Of a stretch of 38,483 nucleotides of DNA, positions 1-8,085 are shown piece after piece. Position numbers and translations under genes: made by a program. Under the pieces are notes generated by a model. That model had not been told where the DNA came from and searched no databases. It worked only from the letters and a program-made list of their open reading frames with translations. Source of the DNA: a virus (taxonomy: Duplodnaviria > Caudoviricetes); the IMG/VR virus record IMGVR_UViG_3300025277_000056, positions 1 through 38,483 of that record; one strand, given 5' to 3'. Position 1 is the stretch's first letter. Each line of letters starts with the position of its first letter.

Positions 1-307
1 TTCCACTTTTTTTTAATAGGGAATAACTTCTGGTATTTCTATGGTCAAGACCTTAGTTTTCGCGGTGGGATTATCCGTTGCAAAAAGGTTGATGTCCTCT
101 AAAAAACACGGAACTATGGAACTACTAAAGAAATAAGTAAAATAATATATAATATAATATAATAAGAACTTTAGTATCTCTTTAAAATACAATCACTTAG
201 GTTTACTTTACATAAAACAATATGTCCAGTTCCAGTCCTATAGGTAAAGTTAACCCCTATATGAACTGTGAACTGGGGTCAAACCTTAATTAAAACAATG
301 AGTTATC

Positions 308-325
308 TGTATCGCATACGATACA
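308..325. repeat. 18-bp palindromic early-region element TGTATCGCATACGATACA, copy 1
   Basis: Exact match; 7-bp inverted arms TGTATCG/CGATACA around CATA; intergenic, no ORF follows immediately. Confidence 0.95.
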
Positions 326-551
326 CTAAAAGCTACTATAAGTTCAATCCTATATACAACACCAGTTCCCCAACGGAGAAAGACACTAAGTGAAGCGAAG
401 GTTCGCCATAGCGTTTTTTTAGTAGTACGATTTATATTACAATATGTACAGTAAGTAGGTTCAGCGTACCAAACTGGGTCTAACTATGTATTTATCGCTA
501 TGCGTTATGGACTACTATGTATTAGCTAACCCCCCGTTTTTACCAGTAGCA

Positions 552-724
552 AATAGTTTTATATGATAGTGGAATTTAGATAATAACGAAATAGCCAAAG
601 GATATCCGATAAGCGTGGGGTAGCCTTTCATATGATAGTGAAATTTAAATAATGAAGAAAAACAAAAGTTGACGGCACAGGATAGTATATAGCCTTTCAT
701 ATGAGAGTGAGATTTAGATAGTGA
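552..724. repeat. Regularly interspaced direct repeats (3 x ~35 bp, two unique 34-bp spacers, 69-bp period); CRISPR-like geometry
   Basis: Core ATATGA(T/G)AGTGRRATTTARATARTRA starts at 561, 630 and 699; copies 621-655 and 690-724 match at 31/35; spacers 587-620 and 656-689 are unrelated to each other. Confidence 0.75.
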
Positions 725-806
725 GAGAAAACTTAGAATGGTGAAATACCCTGCCATTAGGCATTTTTTCTCAAATCAAATAAAAAACATTAATTACATA
801 CTTAAC

Positions 807-835
807 TGGACATATTATATGTAAAGTAGTATAAT
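807..835 (+). promoter_or_regulatory. Sigma70-type early promoter
   Basis: TGGACA (807-812), 17-bp spacer, TATAAT (830-835), upstream of the first + strand gene. Confidence 0.75.
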
Positions 836-889
836 AGTCATAATGGTAGAAATATATCTAAATTATATAACTATTGTTAAACTATTAAC

Positions 890-907
890 TGTATCGCATA
901 CGATACA
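890..907. repeat. 18-bp palindromic element, copy 2
   Basis: Exact match, followed by CTAACTATGAGGAAAAAATT and ATG at 928. Confidence 0.95.
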
Positions 908-927
908 CTAACTATGAGGAAAAAATT

Positions 928-1197
928 ATGAAAGTAAAAGCATTTGATACACACAATATGGGAGATATTTGGGACTTGGATTTAAGTTCTAATGATGTAT
1001 CAGCAATACTAGCAATTATGCAGATGTTAGCTGAAGAGTGTAACTGGAGTTGGGAGTCGGAAAGAGATATGGACTATGACAAACCAGAGTATGCAAAATA
1101 TTATAAGTTCAAAGAAGAACTTCAAAACCACTATCCAGATGTAGACTTTGAGAAGTTTGACCTTATGGCTCTACTATGGAAATTCAAATATAACTAA
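928..1197 (+). CDS. Hypothetical early protein (89 aa, acidic)
   Basis: ORF with GAGG RBS directly after palindrome copy 2. Confidence 0.85.
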   Translation: MKVKAFDTHNMGDIWDLDLSSNDVSAILAIMQMLAEECNWSWESERDMDYDKPEYAKYYKFKEELQNHYPDVDFEKFDLMALLWKFKYN

Positions 1198-1202
1198 ACA
1201 AC

Positions 1203-1218
1203 AGGAGTAAAAATTATG
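1203..1218 (+). promoter_or_regulatory. Conserved start-associated leader AGGAGTAAAAA(C/T)TATG, first of 6 copies
   Basis: Copies at 1203 (T variant), 1824, 3290, 5614, 6846 and 8073, each ending in the ATG of an early gene. Confidence 0.9.
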
Positions 1219-1560
1219 AAAGTAGCAAACAAAAACGCAAGTCAATATGTTGACGAACTAAAAACATTTCAAGGCAGTAATACCTTTGCCGAAGAACACA
1301 CCGATAATCTATATGTTGTCTATAGTTATGGCTATCACTTCCCAATGTATATCTACGACAAACAAGCTGGAATGTGGATAGGGAATGAAGAAAGCTATTC
1401 AGTATCAACATCAAAACACCAAAACCAATGTAGACCTAGTGAAAGTGTTGAGTGTTGGTTACATACCAATGAGATGAAAGAGTTTATAAGATGTGGTGGA
1501 ATGGTTGAGTATATGATATGTAATGCAAACCAAGAAGTCGCCTTTCTTAATAATGACTAA
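1216..1560 (+). CDS. Hypothetical early protein (114 aa)
   Basis: ORF with conserved leader; YVVYSYGYHFP segment resembles a common phage early-protein family. Confidence 0.85.
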   Translation: MKVANKNASQYVDELKTFQGSNTFAEEHTDNLYVVYSYGYHFPMYIYDKQAGMWIGNEESYSVSTSKHQNQCRPSESVECWLHTNEMKEFIRCGGMVEYMICNANQEVAFLNND

Positions 1561-1565
1561 ATAAC

Positions 1566-1583
1566 TGTATCGCATACGATACA
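1566..1583. repeat. 18-bp palindromic element, copy 3
   Basis: Exact match, followed by CTAACTATGAGGGAAAAACT and ATG at 1604. Confidence 0.95.
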
Positions 1584-1603
1584 CTAACTATGAGGGAAAA
1601 ACT

Positions 1604-1831
1604 ATGGGTAATGTAATAAACATAAATAAAAAGAAAGTCAGAGAGGAAAGATGTTATATCTATGACAAAATGCTACAGGAAGATTTTACTATGCCTAAAG
1701 CAAAAGCTGAGGAATGGATTCACGATAATCTTGAGGACTTAATTCACGGAAGATATAACCTTGTTGGTGTATGTCTTATGACACACGAACAAGTACAAGA
1801 ATATACTCAGTTACACGATAAAGAGGAGTAA
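1604..1831 (+). CDS. Hypothetical protein (75 aa)
   Basis: ORF after palindrome copy 3; its TAA stop lies inside the next leader (AGGAG-TAA). Confidence 0.8.
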   Translation: MGNVININKKKVREERCYIYDKMLQEDFTMPKAKAEEWIHDNLEDLIHGRYNLVGVCLMTHEQVQEYTQLHDKEE

Positions 1832-1836
1832 AAACT

Positions 1837-2052
1837 ATGACTAAATCAATGAAGCCAATCTGTGCTGACTGTGGCTCACACTATAGTAAAAAACGACTAA
1901 TGGCAGGGTACGATACCTGCCTGAACTGTGGCGAAGAACAAGCACTACAAGTAAAGCATACGATTGTACCTATGCACAAATCAAACTATGTCGTGGTCAG
2001 CGACAAATCACTACTGAAAGGTATCAATAACAAGGGGGGATTTCACAAATGA
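1837..2052 (+). CDS. C4 zinc-finger protein (DksA/TraR-type finger)
   Basis: CADC-x15-CLNC pattern with RL between the Cys pairs; conserved leader. Confidence 0.75.
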   Translation: MTKSMKPICADCGSHYSKKRLMAGYDTCLNCGEEQALQVKHTIVPMHKSNYVVVSDKSLLKGINNKGGFHK

Positions 2053-2228
2053 AAGTTAAAGACTTAATAGCAATATTAGAAAACTCACACGAGCCAGATG
2101 ATGAATTAATATTTTATCATTTAGAAAACTCACAGCTAACAGAATGTCAAGTAGAAACTATACTAGATGTTGATGATAGGTGCGAGATAACAATAGAAAA
2201 ATTAGACGAGGAGAAGAATGATGAATGA
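2049..2228 (+). CDS. Hypothetical acidic protein (59 aa; not in ORF track)
   Basis: Manual translation MKVKDLIAILENSHEPDDELIF...EEKNDE; ATGA overlap with the upstream stop. Confidence 0.75.
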   Translation: MKVKDLIAILENSHEPDDELIFYHLENSQLTECQVETILDVDDRCEITIEKLDEEKNDE

Positions 2229-2373
2229 TAAAGAAAAACTAGACTTGCCAGACGGGTGGACTTGTATCTCGTGTGGAGATGAATACCTAGAAGATACGAC
2301 AGGTAAAGAAGTAGCAAACTATGACGAGGGTACATTGTGCCTAAAATGTGAACAGGAGAGTGAAGATGAGTAA
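2218..2373 (+). CDS. Small C4 zinc-ribbon protein (51 aa; not in ORF track)
   Basis: Manual translation MMNDKEKLDLPDGWTCISCG...LCLKCEQESEDE; GAGGAG RBS. Confidence 0.75.
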   Translation: MMNDKEKLDLPDGWTCISCGDEYLEDTTGKEVANYDEGTLCLKCEQESEDE

Positions 2374-2557
2374 CGATATAAATACTGCAATTAAATACGA
2401 TATTGTAGATAACCTAGCGAATATGTCAGTTGATGAATTCTGTAACCTATGTGAAAAACATAATATTAAAGATATAGTACCAGATATTGATAGTGCTATT
2501 GATGAACTAGCTCAAACTATTTTTGATGAGAGGGGGGATTACCATAATGCTGAATAA
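2366..2557 (+). CDS. Hypothetical acidic protein (63 aa)
   Basis: ORF track 2348..2557; ATG 2366 preferred because of AGGAG at ~2354. Confidence 0.75.
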   Translation: MSNDINTAIKYDIVDNLANMSVDEFCNLCEKHNIKDIVPDIDSAIDELAQTIFDERGDYHNAE

Positions 2558-2672
2558 ATTTATATTATTTTTAAAGCTAACGATACTTATACTCATACCT
2601 TTATGCCTACTTACTATTATGGCTTATATTGGTTATCTATGGAAAGTGGGGGGGTGTAATGGGTTATCGTAG
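2547..2672 (+). CDS. Small single-pass membrane protein (41 aa; not in ORF track)
   Basis: Manual translation MLNKFILFLKLTILILIPLCLLTIMAYIGYLWKVGGCNGLS; GAGGGGG upstream; fills the gap between genes. Confidence 0.6.
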   Translation: MLNKFILFLKLTILILIPLCLLTIMAYIGYLWKVGGCNGLS

Positions 2673-3111
2673 TGAAGTTACTATTGCTATACAGACAGAT
2701 AACATTGAGCCAGAAGATGTCAAGGGTTGGCATATGTTTATTGCTGAACTCAAAGCTAATCCTAAATGTGATATAGCTATGAGAGAAATAGAAAGTGGTC
2801 AATACCTAGATAATGGGGGTATTGATATGAAAAACTGTTGTCTGTATGTAGATTTTTCAGATATTAAATGGTATGACACCAACAAAAATATACAAAGCTA
2901 CCGAGCTATTATGGAAATAGCAGAGAATTGGTGTAATGAAGACCGACAGGATACTCAGCTAACCCCAATGTCTATGGCTTTCTTGCGAGTAGGCGAAGAG
3001 AGTACCGACACAGAGGAAGAGTTTTATGGCGATTTCGCTACTGAAATAGGTTATATATCTAGACCTACGATAGAGCTTGAGGATATGAGATTTAAAGAAA
3101 ACGAGTTATAA
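2659..3111 (+). CDS. Hypothetical phage protein (MGYRSEV... family, 150 aa)
   Basis: ORF track 2629..3111; ATG 2659 after a G-run RBS; F-x-R-V-G-E-E-x-x-D-x-E motif. Confidence 0.85.
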   Translation: MGYRSEVTIAIQTDNIEPEDVKGWHMFIAELKANPKCDIAMREIESGQYLDNGGIDMKNCCLYVDFSDIKWYDTNKNIQSYRAIMEIAENWCNEDRQDTQLTPMSMAFLRVGEESTDTEEEFYGDFATEIGYISRPTIELEDMRFKENEL

Positions 3112-3121
3112 ACTAAATAAC

Positions 3122-3139
3122 TGTATCGCATACGATACA
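3122..3139. repeat. 18-bp palindromic element, copy 4
   Basis: Exact match, followed by CTAACTATGAGGAAAAAACT and ATG at 3160. Confidence 0.95.
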
Positions 3140-3159
3140 CTAACTATGAGGAAAAAACT

Positions 3160-3297
3160 ATGATGATGATGTTTGTAATAGGGTTTGCATTAGGGTTGAT
3201 AGTAACAGCTATCGGATTACTAATGATACTGCAATACCAAGATAAGCAAGACTTAAAAAATAGAACAGGCATATATGCCTCAACCACTAAGGAGTAA
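3160..3297 (+). CDS. Small single-pass membrane protein (45 aa; not in ORF track)
   Basis: Manual translation MMMMFVIGFALGLIVTAIGLLMILQYQDKQDLKNRTGIYASTTKE; starts at the palindrome leader and its stop lies inside the next AGGAG-TAA leader. Confidence 0.75.
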   Translation: MMMMFVIGFALGLIVTAIGLLMILQYQDKQDLKNRTGIYASTTKE

Positions 3298-3302
3298 AAA
3301 CT

Positions 3303-4361
3303 ATGCAACAGAGAGTAACCATAAAAGAGTTAGAAACTCTTATCACTACGATAGGAGAAACTCTAACACCAATCATACAGAGTGAGGCAGGGTGTGGTAA
3401 GACTAGCCTACTCAAAGCGATTGAGAAAAAAGAGGGCGACAAGTACGAATACATCTATGTAGATTGCCCTGTCAAAGATATGTCAGATATTGCTATGACT
3501 ATCCCTAACCACGATACCAAAACATTAGAGAACTATGTCGGCTCATTGTTTAAACTTGATAGTCCTAAACCTAAAGTTATCTTACTAGATGAGTTTATGA
3601 AGTCGCCAAAGCTACTGCAAGTTATCTTTACTAGACTTATGCTAGAAAGAACTGTGGGCGATACACCTCTACCAGAGGGAAGTATTGTATTTGGTACATC
3701 AAACAATCAAGCTGATGGCTTGGGCGACACTATGTTAGCCCACGCAGGTAACAGAGTGTGTATCTTGGAAATGGAAAAACCACAAGTGGAAGATTGGCTT
3801 GTATGGGCGACTGAAAATGGAGTAAGTCCTTTGATACGAGCCTTTGTACATACCTTTCCTAGATGTCTTGCGAGTTACAGGGATAGTGGGCAAGAAGATA
3901 ATCCATACATCTTCAATCCAAAGAAACCAATACTATCCTTTGTCAGTCCTCGTTCACTTGAGAAAGCTAGTGTGATTGTAGATAACCGAGATAAGCTAGG
4001 CGACAATGCAACCCAAGTGGCATTGAGTGGTACGATTGGTGCAAGTGCAAGTGCTGATATGTCAGCATTCTTACGACTTGAGAAAGAACTACCAACCTTT
4101 GAAGATATACTTAAAGAGCCAGAGAAAGCTAATATGCCAGATAGTATCTCAGCACAGTTGATGTTGATGTTCCAAGCTGTAGATAAAATCAAACAGCAAA
4201 GCGACCTAACTGCCTTTATGAAATACATCAAGCGAATAAGTAGTAGTGAGATACAAGCTATCTTCTTTACTATGCTGATGAGAAATAGTAAGTCAGTCAA
4301 GATTGCTAGGGGTAACAAGGAGATTTCAGATTGGGCAGTAGAGAACTTTAACATTATGTAA
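3303..4361 (+). CDS. MoxR/dynein-related AAA+ ATPase
   Basis: Walker A SEAGCGKTS, Walker B VILLDE, sensor-1 GTSN, arginine finger NR, sensor-2 SPRS; adjacent to a VWA gene. Confidence 0.9.
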   Translation: MQQRVTIKELETLITTIGETLTPIIQSEAGCGKTSLLKAIEKKEGDKYEYIYVDCPVKDMSDIAMTIPNHDTKTLENYVGSLFKLDSPKPKVILLDEFMKSPKLLQVIFTRLMLERTVGDTPLPEGSIVFGTSNNQADGLGDTMLAHAGNRVCILEMEKPQVEDWLVWATENGVSPLIRAFVHTFPRCLASYRDSGQEDNPYIFNPKKPILSFVSPRSLEKASVIVDNRDKLGDNATQVALSGTIGASASADMSAFLRLEKELPTFEDILKEPEKANMPDSISAQLMLMFQAVDKIKQQSDLTAFMKYIKRISSSEIQAIFFTMLMRNSKSVKIARGNKEISDWAVENFNIM

Positions 4362-4368
4362 TTTAAAC

Positions 4369-4386
4369 TGTATCGCATACGATACA
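4369..4386. repeat. 18-bp palindromic element, copy 5
   Basis: Exact match between the ATPase and VWA genes, followed by CTAACTATAGGAGAAATACT and ATG at 4407. Confidence 0.95.
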
Positions 4387-4406
4387 CTAACTATAGGAGA
4401 AATACT

Positions 4407-5600
4407 ATGACGACACACCGACTATCCTCAGAGGATAGAATTAAAAAAGCTCATATTGCTTTGATGAAACACCCAGAAACTGCTCTATATAGTGGAGTGA
4501 TGATGTTGGGTAAGTCAGAAGTGATTGATGATTGTCCTACTGCCAAGACTGACGGCATAAATAAATACTATGGTAGAAAGTTTATTGAGGCACTATCAGA
4601 CAAAGAGTTACGAGCATTGATATTACACGAGAATTTGCATATAGCACTTAATCATATGGGGAGATTTCGTAAAGAGTTTAAGAAAAATGCTCATCATATG
4701 AATATATGTGCAGACTATGTGGTCAATGATGTTGTTATACACTTGGAAGATAAGGAGTTGTGCCAACTGCCAGAGGGTGCATTGTATGAGAAGAAGTATC
4801 ATAATTGGTCAGTCAACGAGATACTCAAAGACCTAGCTGAACAAGAGCAATCGCAAAATGGCGACAACGGACAATCAGCTACTGACGGCTTAACTCCTCT
4901 TGATGAACACGATTTTGAAAGTGGTAAGTCTATGACACCACAGGAACAGCAAGAAATGACTAAGAAGATTGAGAATGCTTTGAAAGAGGGAAGTATACTC
5001 GCAGGAAAAATTGGTGCGAAGATACCACGAGCCATTGATGAACTCTTTGAGCCAAAGATTAATTGGCGAGAAATGATGAGAGAATTTATATCATCAACCT
5101 GTAGGGGTAATGATGAGTTTACTTGGCGAAAGTTTAACAAGCGAATGTTACCTAATGACTTGTACCTACCCTCTATGGAAAATGAAAGTGTGGGCGAGTT
5201 GGTTATCGCTTGTGATACATCTGGAAGTATCAGTCAGCACGACTTAACAATATTTGCAACCGAACTACAAGCGATATGTAGCACCATAACCCCAGACCAA
5301 ATACGATTACTATGGTGGGATAGTGAGGTATGTAGTGAGCAGATATTTAGTCCAGAGCATTACCAAGATATAAGTAAGGTACTTAAAGTTGCAGGGGGCG
5401 GTGGCACTTACCTTTCTTGTGTGAGTGAATACATCACAAAGGAACGAATAAATGCTGACGCAATTATTGTGTTTACTGACGGCTATGTTGAACAAGATAT
5501 CCAATGGAATCTATCAGCACCAACCCTACACATTGTAAATGGCAATAGGAACTTTAAGGGTACAGTGGGGAGTAGAGTAGTTCAGTATGAGAGAGATTAA
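4407..5600 (+). CDS. Putative metallopeptidase + VWA domain protein (DUF2201-like)
   Basis: HENLH zincin motif in the N-terminal domain; MIDAS DTSGS, GGGGT and FTDG in the C-terminal VWA domain. Confidence 0.88.
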   Translation: MTTHRLSSEDRIKKAHIALMKHPETALYSGVMMLGKSEVIDDCPTAKTDGINKYYGRKFIEALSDKELRALILHENLHIALNHMGRFRKEFKKNAHHMNICADYVVNDVVIHLEDKELCQLPEGALYEKKYHNWSVNEILKDLAEQEQSQNGDNGQSATDGLTPLDEHDFESGKSMTPQEQQEMTKKIENALKEGSILAGKIGAKIPRAIDELFEPKINWREMMREFISSTCRGNDEFTWRKFNKRMLPNDLYLPSMENESVGELVIACDTSGSISQHDLTIFATELQAICSTITPDQIRLLWWDSEVCSEQIFSPEHYQDISKVLKVAGGGGTYLSCVSEYITKERINADAIIVFTDGYVEQDIQWNLSAPTLHIVNGNRNFKGTVGSRVVQYERD

Positions 5601-5626
5601 TTTAAACTATAATAGGAGTAAAAACT

Positions 5627-6565
5627 ATGAGGCTAAAAGAAAGTAATGTAACGACTGAAAGTTACGAATTGCAACAACCAGAACACATTGTGTCATTGGC
5701 TACATCAAGTATGCTAGTGTCAGTTGATGTGAATGTGTGGACTGCAACCAAGCAAGACAGGGGTATATCAGATGAAGTAACCACTATGAAAAAAGCAGAG
5801 TTAGGTACAGGTAAGTTTACCAAGTATCTCTTTGCTAAGAATCCTAAACACCATAGGATTGTTAAGTTACGACAGTTGATACATAAATGGCTTAAGCATT
5901 CTACCTACAGGTGGAACAATGCTCAAGACTTATTACCTACAGTTGACCTTGAGAAATTCAAGGAAGAGTATGAGAAATATGAGAGTGAGTTTAATACAGC
6001 AGTAGAGGACTTTCTTAAGAACTATCAAACTCTTGTAAGTGATGAGGCATTCAGACAAGGCGATATGTTTGATAAGAATGACTATCCAAGTGTTGAAGAG
6101 TTACAAAGTAAATTCAATATGCGATTGTATGTTGCAGAAGTACCAAGCCACGATTTCAGATGTCAAGTAGCACAAGATACAGCAGATGATTTGAGAGTTG
6201 AGTATCAGCAACAGGCAGATGACATTGTGCATAGTGTAATTGATACACAAGTCAATCGTGTAGTTGATGTAATGAAAAGTATTTCACATTGTTGTGGAGT
6301 GATTGAGAGTAAAGACAAAGAGGGTAATCCTGTCTTTAAGAAACGAGCTATCTATGATACTACTTTTCAACGAGCAAAGGCATTGGTAAATACTATCAAG
6401 AACTTTAAACCAATAGACAACGACCAAAGTGATAAGTTGCAGAGTGCAGTTGACGACTTGGAGAAAGTAATTGGTGGAGTATCTACTGACTTACTGAGGG
6501 ATAGTGATAGTACCAGAGCAGAAGTTAAGCAAGGTATTGACGATATACTATCTAAGTTTAATTAG
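5627..6565 (+). CDS. Conserved phage protein, DUF3150-like (312 aa)
   Basis: Helical protein with a DYPS-x-E-E-L-x-x-KF segment; family recalled as accompanying AAA/VWA pairs; conserved leader. Confidence 0.6.
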   Translation: MRLKESNVTTESYELQQPEHIVSLATSSMLVSVDVNVWTATKQDRGISDEVTTMKKAELGTGKFTKYLFAKNPKHHRIVKLRQLIHKWLKHSTYRWNNAQDLLPTVDLEKFKEEYEKYESEFNTAVEDFLKNYQTLVSDEAFRQGDMFDKNDYPSVEELQSKFNMRLYVAEVPSHDFRCQVAQDTADDLRVEYQQQADDIVHSVIDTQVNRVVDVMKSISHCCGVIESKDKEGNPVFKKRAIYDTTFQRAKALVNTIKNFKPIDNDQSDKLQSAVDDLEKVIGGVSTDLLRDSDSTRAEVKQGIDDILSKFN

Positions 6566-6569
6566 GTAG

Positions 6570-6587
6570 TGTATCGCATACGATACA
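6570..6587. repeat. 18-bp palindromic element, copy 6
   Basis: Exact match just after the 6565 stop; flanks differ (TAG on the left, TTTTT on the right). Confidence 0.95.
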
Positions 6588-6658
6588 TTTTTAAGAGGTA
6601 CTTGGATAAGCAAAACTTTTTTTAAGTGCCTTAAATCGCAAACTATGAGGTCAAAATT

Positions 6659-6847
6659 ATGGAAAAACAAAAGAAATACAGAGTATATATCCAACAGCAC
6701 TATAAACCGATTGAAATTATGGCTTATAGTAAAGATGAGGCAGAACACAAAGTACAGAATGATTGTACTTGGGGAGAGCCGATTGAGGTTGAAATTATAG
6801 CAATTAGAAGTTTTGATAGTAAACCAATAAACACCAAAAACAAATAG
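6659..6847 (+). CDS. Hypothetical protein (62 aa)
   Basis: AACTATGAGG leader; A-x-S-x-x-E-A motif common in small phage proteins. Confidence 0.8.
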   Translation: MEKQKKYRVYIQQHYKPIEIMAYSKDEAEHKVQNDCTWGEPIEVEIIAIRSFDSKPINTKNK

Positions 6848-6858
6848 GAGTAAAAACT

Positions 6859-8067
6859 ATGAAAAATTATATAGAAAACAGTATGTACATTGCAGAGCTA
6901 GAGCAGAGTTTGAGCCAGAGTAAAGTTTTGCCTCTGGTAAAAGACTTATGCTATAAGTATGACCTGCGTGTAAGTCAAAGGTTAATGATATCAAGACTTA
7001 AGTTTGATAGAATTTGGCATAAAGAGTATACGAAATTAAAAAACTACGATAAAGTTAATGATATTAATTACAATCCAAAAACTGATGATGAAGTTACTAA
7101 GAGAGAGCAACAGCAGTCAGAACAACCACGAGAATATGAAGAGGCATTTCTAATGAACTACAAAGGCATACCTCAAGCTGTTGTGTATGTTGACCACGAA
7201 GATAACTTTGGTTTTCAAGTTAGTTATACCATTAAAGACAGAGGTAGCGATACTTGGGATAGGCACACTATTAAATCTAAGAAAGTATCGCAAGTCCTTA
7301 AAACATTAAGGCGAAAGAAGTGGCAACCATTAGGAAATCGTGAGGCTTACGGGGGTTTAAAACTTGATACTAAAGATATGGTAATGGAATATTCTGTTGA
7401 TAATATCAATTTAGCTCGAGCTATATCAAACTATGATACTGCGAAAAGCGATTTAACTTATGATAACAAAAACAAACTTGCAGAGGTCTTAGAGAGTTTG
7501 TATGGTAGTAAAAAAGATATATCTCATAATACCAATGAACATTTTAAAAATAAAATGAAAGATATTGATGATAGACGAGATACTATTCAATCTGTTTATA
7601 AAGAAGTTAGGTCAGAACTTGATAACAAGTTTACTGCGATTGGTATATGTAGAGGTGGTGGTTGGATAGTTGGCGATGTTAAGGAACACGAGGGAGAATT
7701 TAAATTAGAGAATGGCGACACAGTTCATTGGCAAAGAGATAATAATGATTTAGATAAGTTTGGAATAAAGTTTAACAATTTGATAATCCACAATACTCAA
7801 ATGGTGCGTAACCTAGAGCAGTTAGATTTCTTTGATAGTTTAAAACCTATACTCACTATGCTTAAAGTTAGACTAGAAGATTGGGTTAATAAAAATGATA
7901 GACACGAAATTATAAGAGATTACTTTAAGCACAAAGACAATTCTTACCACAATAATGGTAGTAGGTGGATTGAAGATTTGGGTTGTTACTATGAAGAAAA
8001 TCATCTTTTTGGTGTTGATGGAAATCCCTTTTCAATTAAATGGTTGCTAATGGCAAAACCTAAATAA
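6859..8067 (+). CDS. Hypothetical protein (402 aa)
   Basis: Long ORF with conserved leader; no motif recognised. Confidence 0.85.
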   Translation: MKNYIENSMYIAELEQSLSQSKVLPLVKDLCYKYDLRVSQRLMISRLKFDRIWHKEYTKLKNYDKVNDINYNPKTDDEVTKREQQQSEQPREYEEAFLMNYKGIPQAVVYVDHEDNFGFQVSYTIKDRGSDTWDRHTIKSKKVSQVLKTLRRKKWQPLGNREAYGGLKLDTKDMVMEYSVDNINLARAISNYDTAKSDLTYDNKNKLAEVLESLYGSKKDISHNTNEHFKNKMKDIDDRRDTIQSVYKEVRSELDNKFTAIGICRGGGWIVGDVKEHEGEFKLENGDTVHWQRDNNDLDKFGIKFNNLIIHNTQMVRNLEQLDFFDSLKPILTMLKVRLEDWVNKNDRHEIIRDYFKHKDNSYHNNGSRWIEDLGCYYEENHLFGVDGNPFSIKWLLMAKPK

Positions 8068-8085
8068 CTTATAGGAGTAAAAACT

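Noticed and set aside
395-420. GCGAA-GG-TTCGC hairpin followed by a T-run as a terminator
   Set aside because: Short stem separated from the T-tract by 7 nt, and no upstream gene in the window
491-509. TTTATCGCTATGCGTTATG as an inverted degenerate palindrome copy
   Set aside because: Needs an insertion and several mismatches, whereas the true copies are exact
515-757. 80-aa minus-strand ORF with 23-aa periodic KFHYHMKGY-like repeats
   Set aside because: Weak RBS, opposite to the early-gene direction and odd composition; the periodicity follows from the 69-bp DNA repeat. Not called as a CDS, but kept as the alternative explanation for the array.
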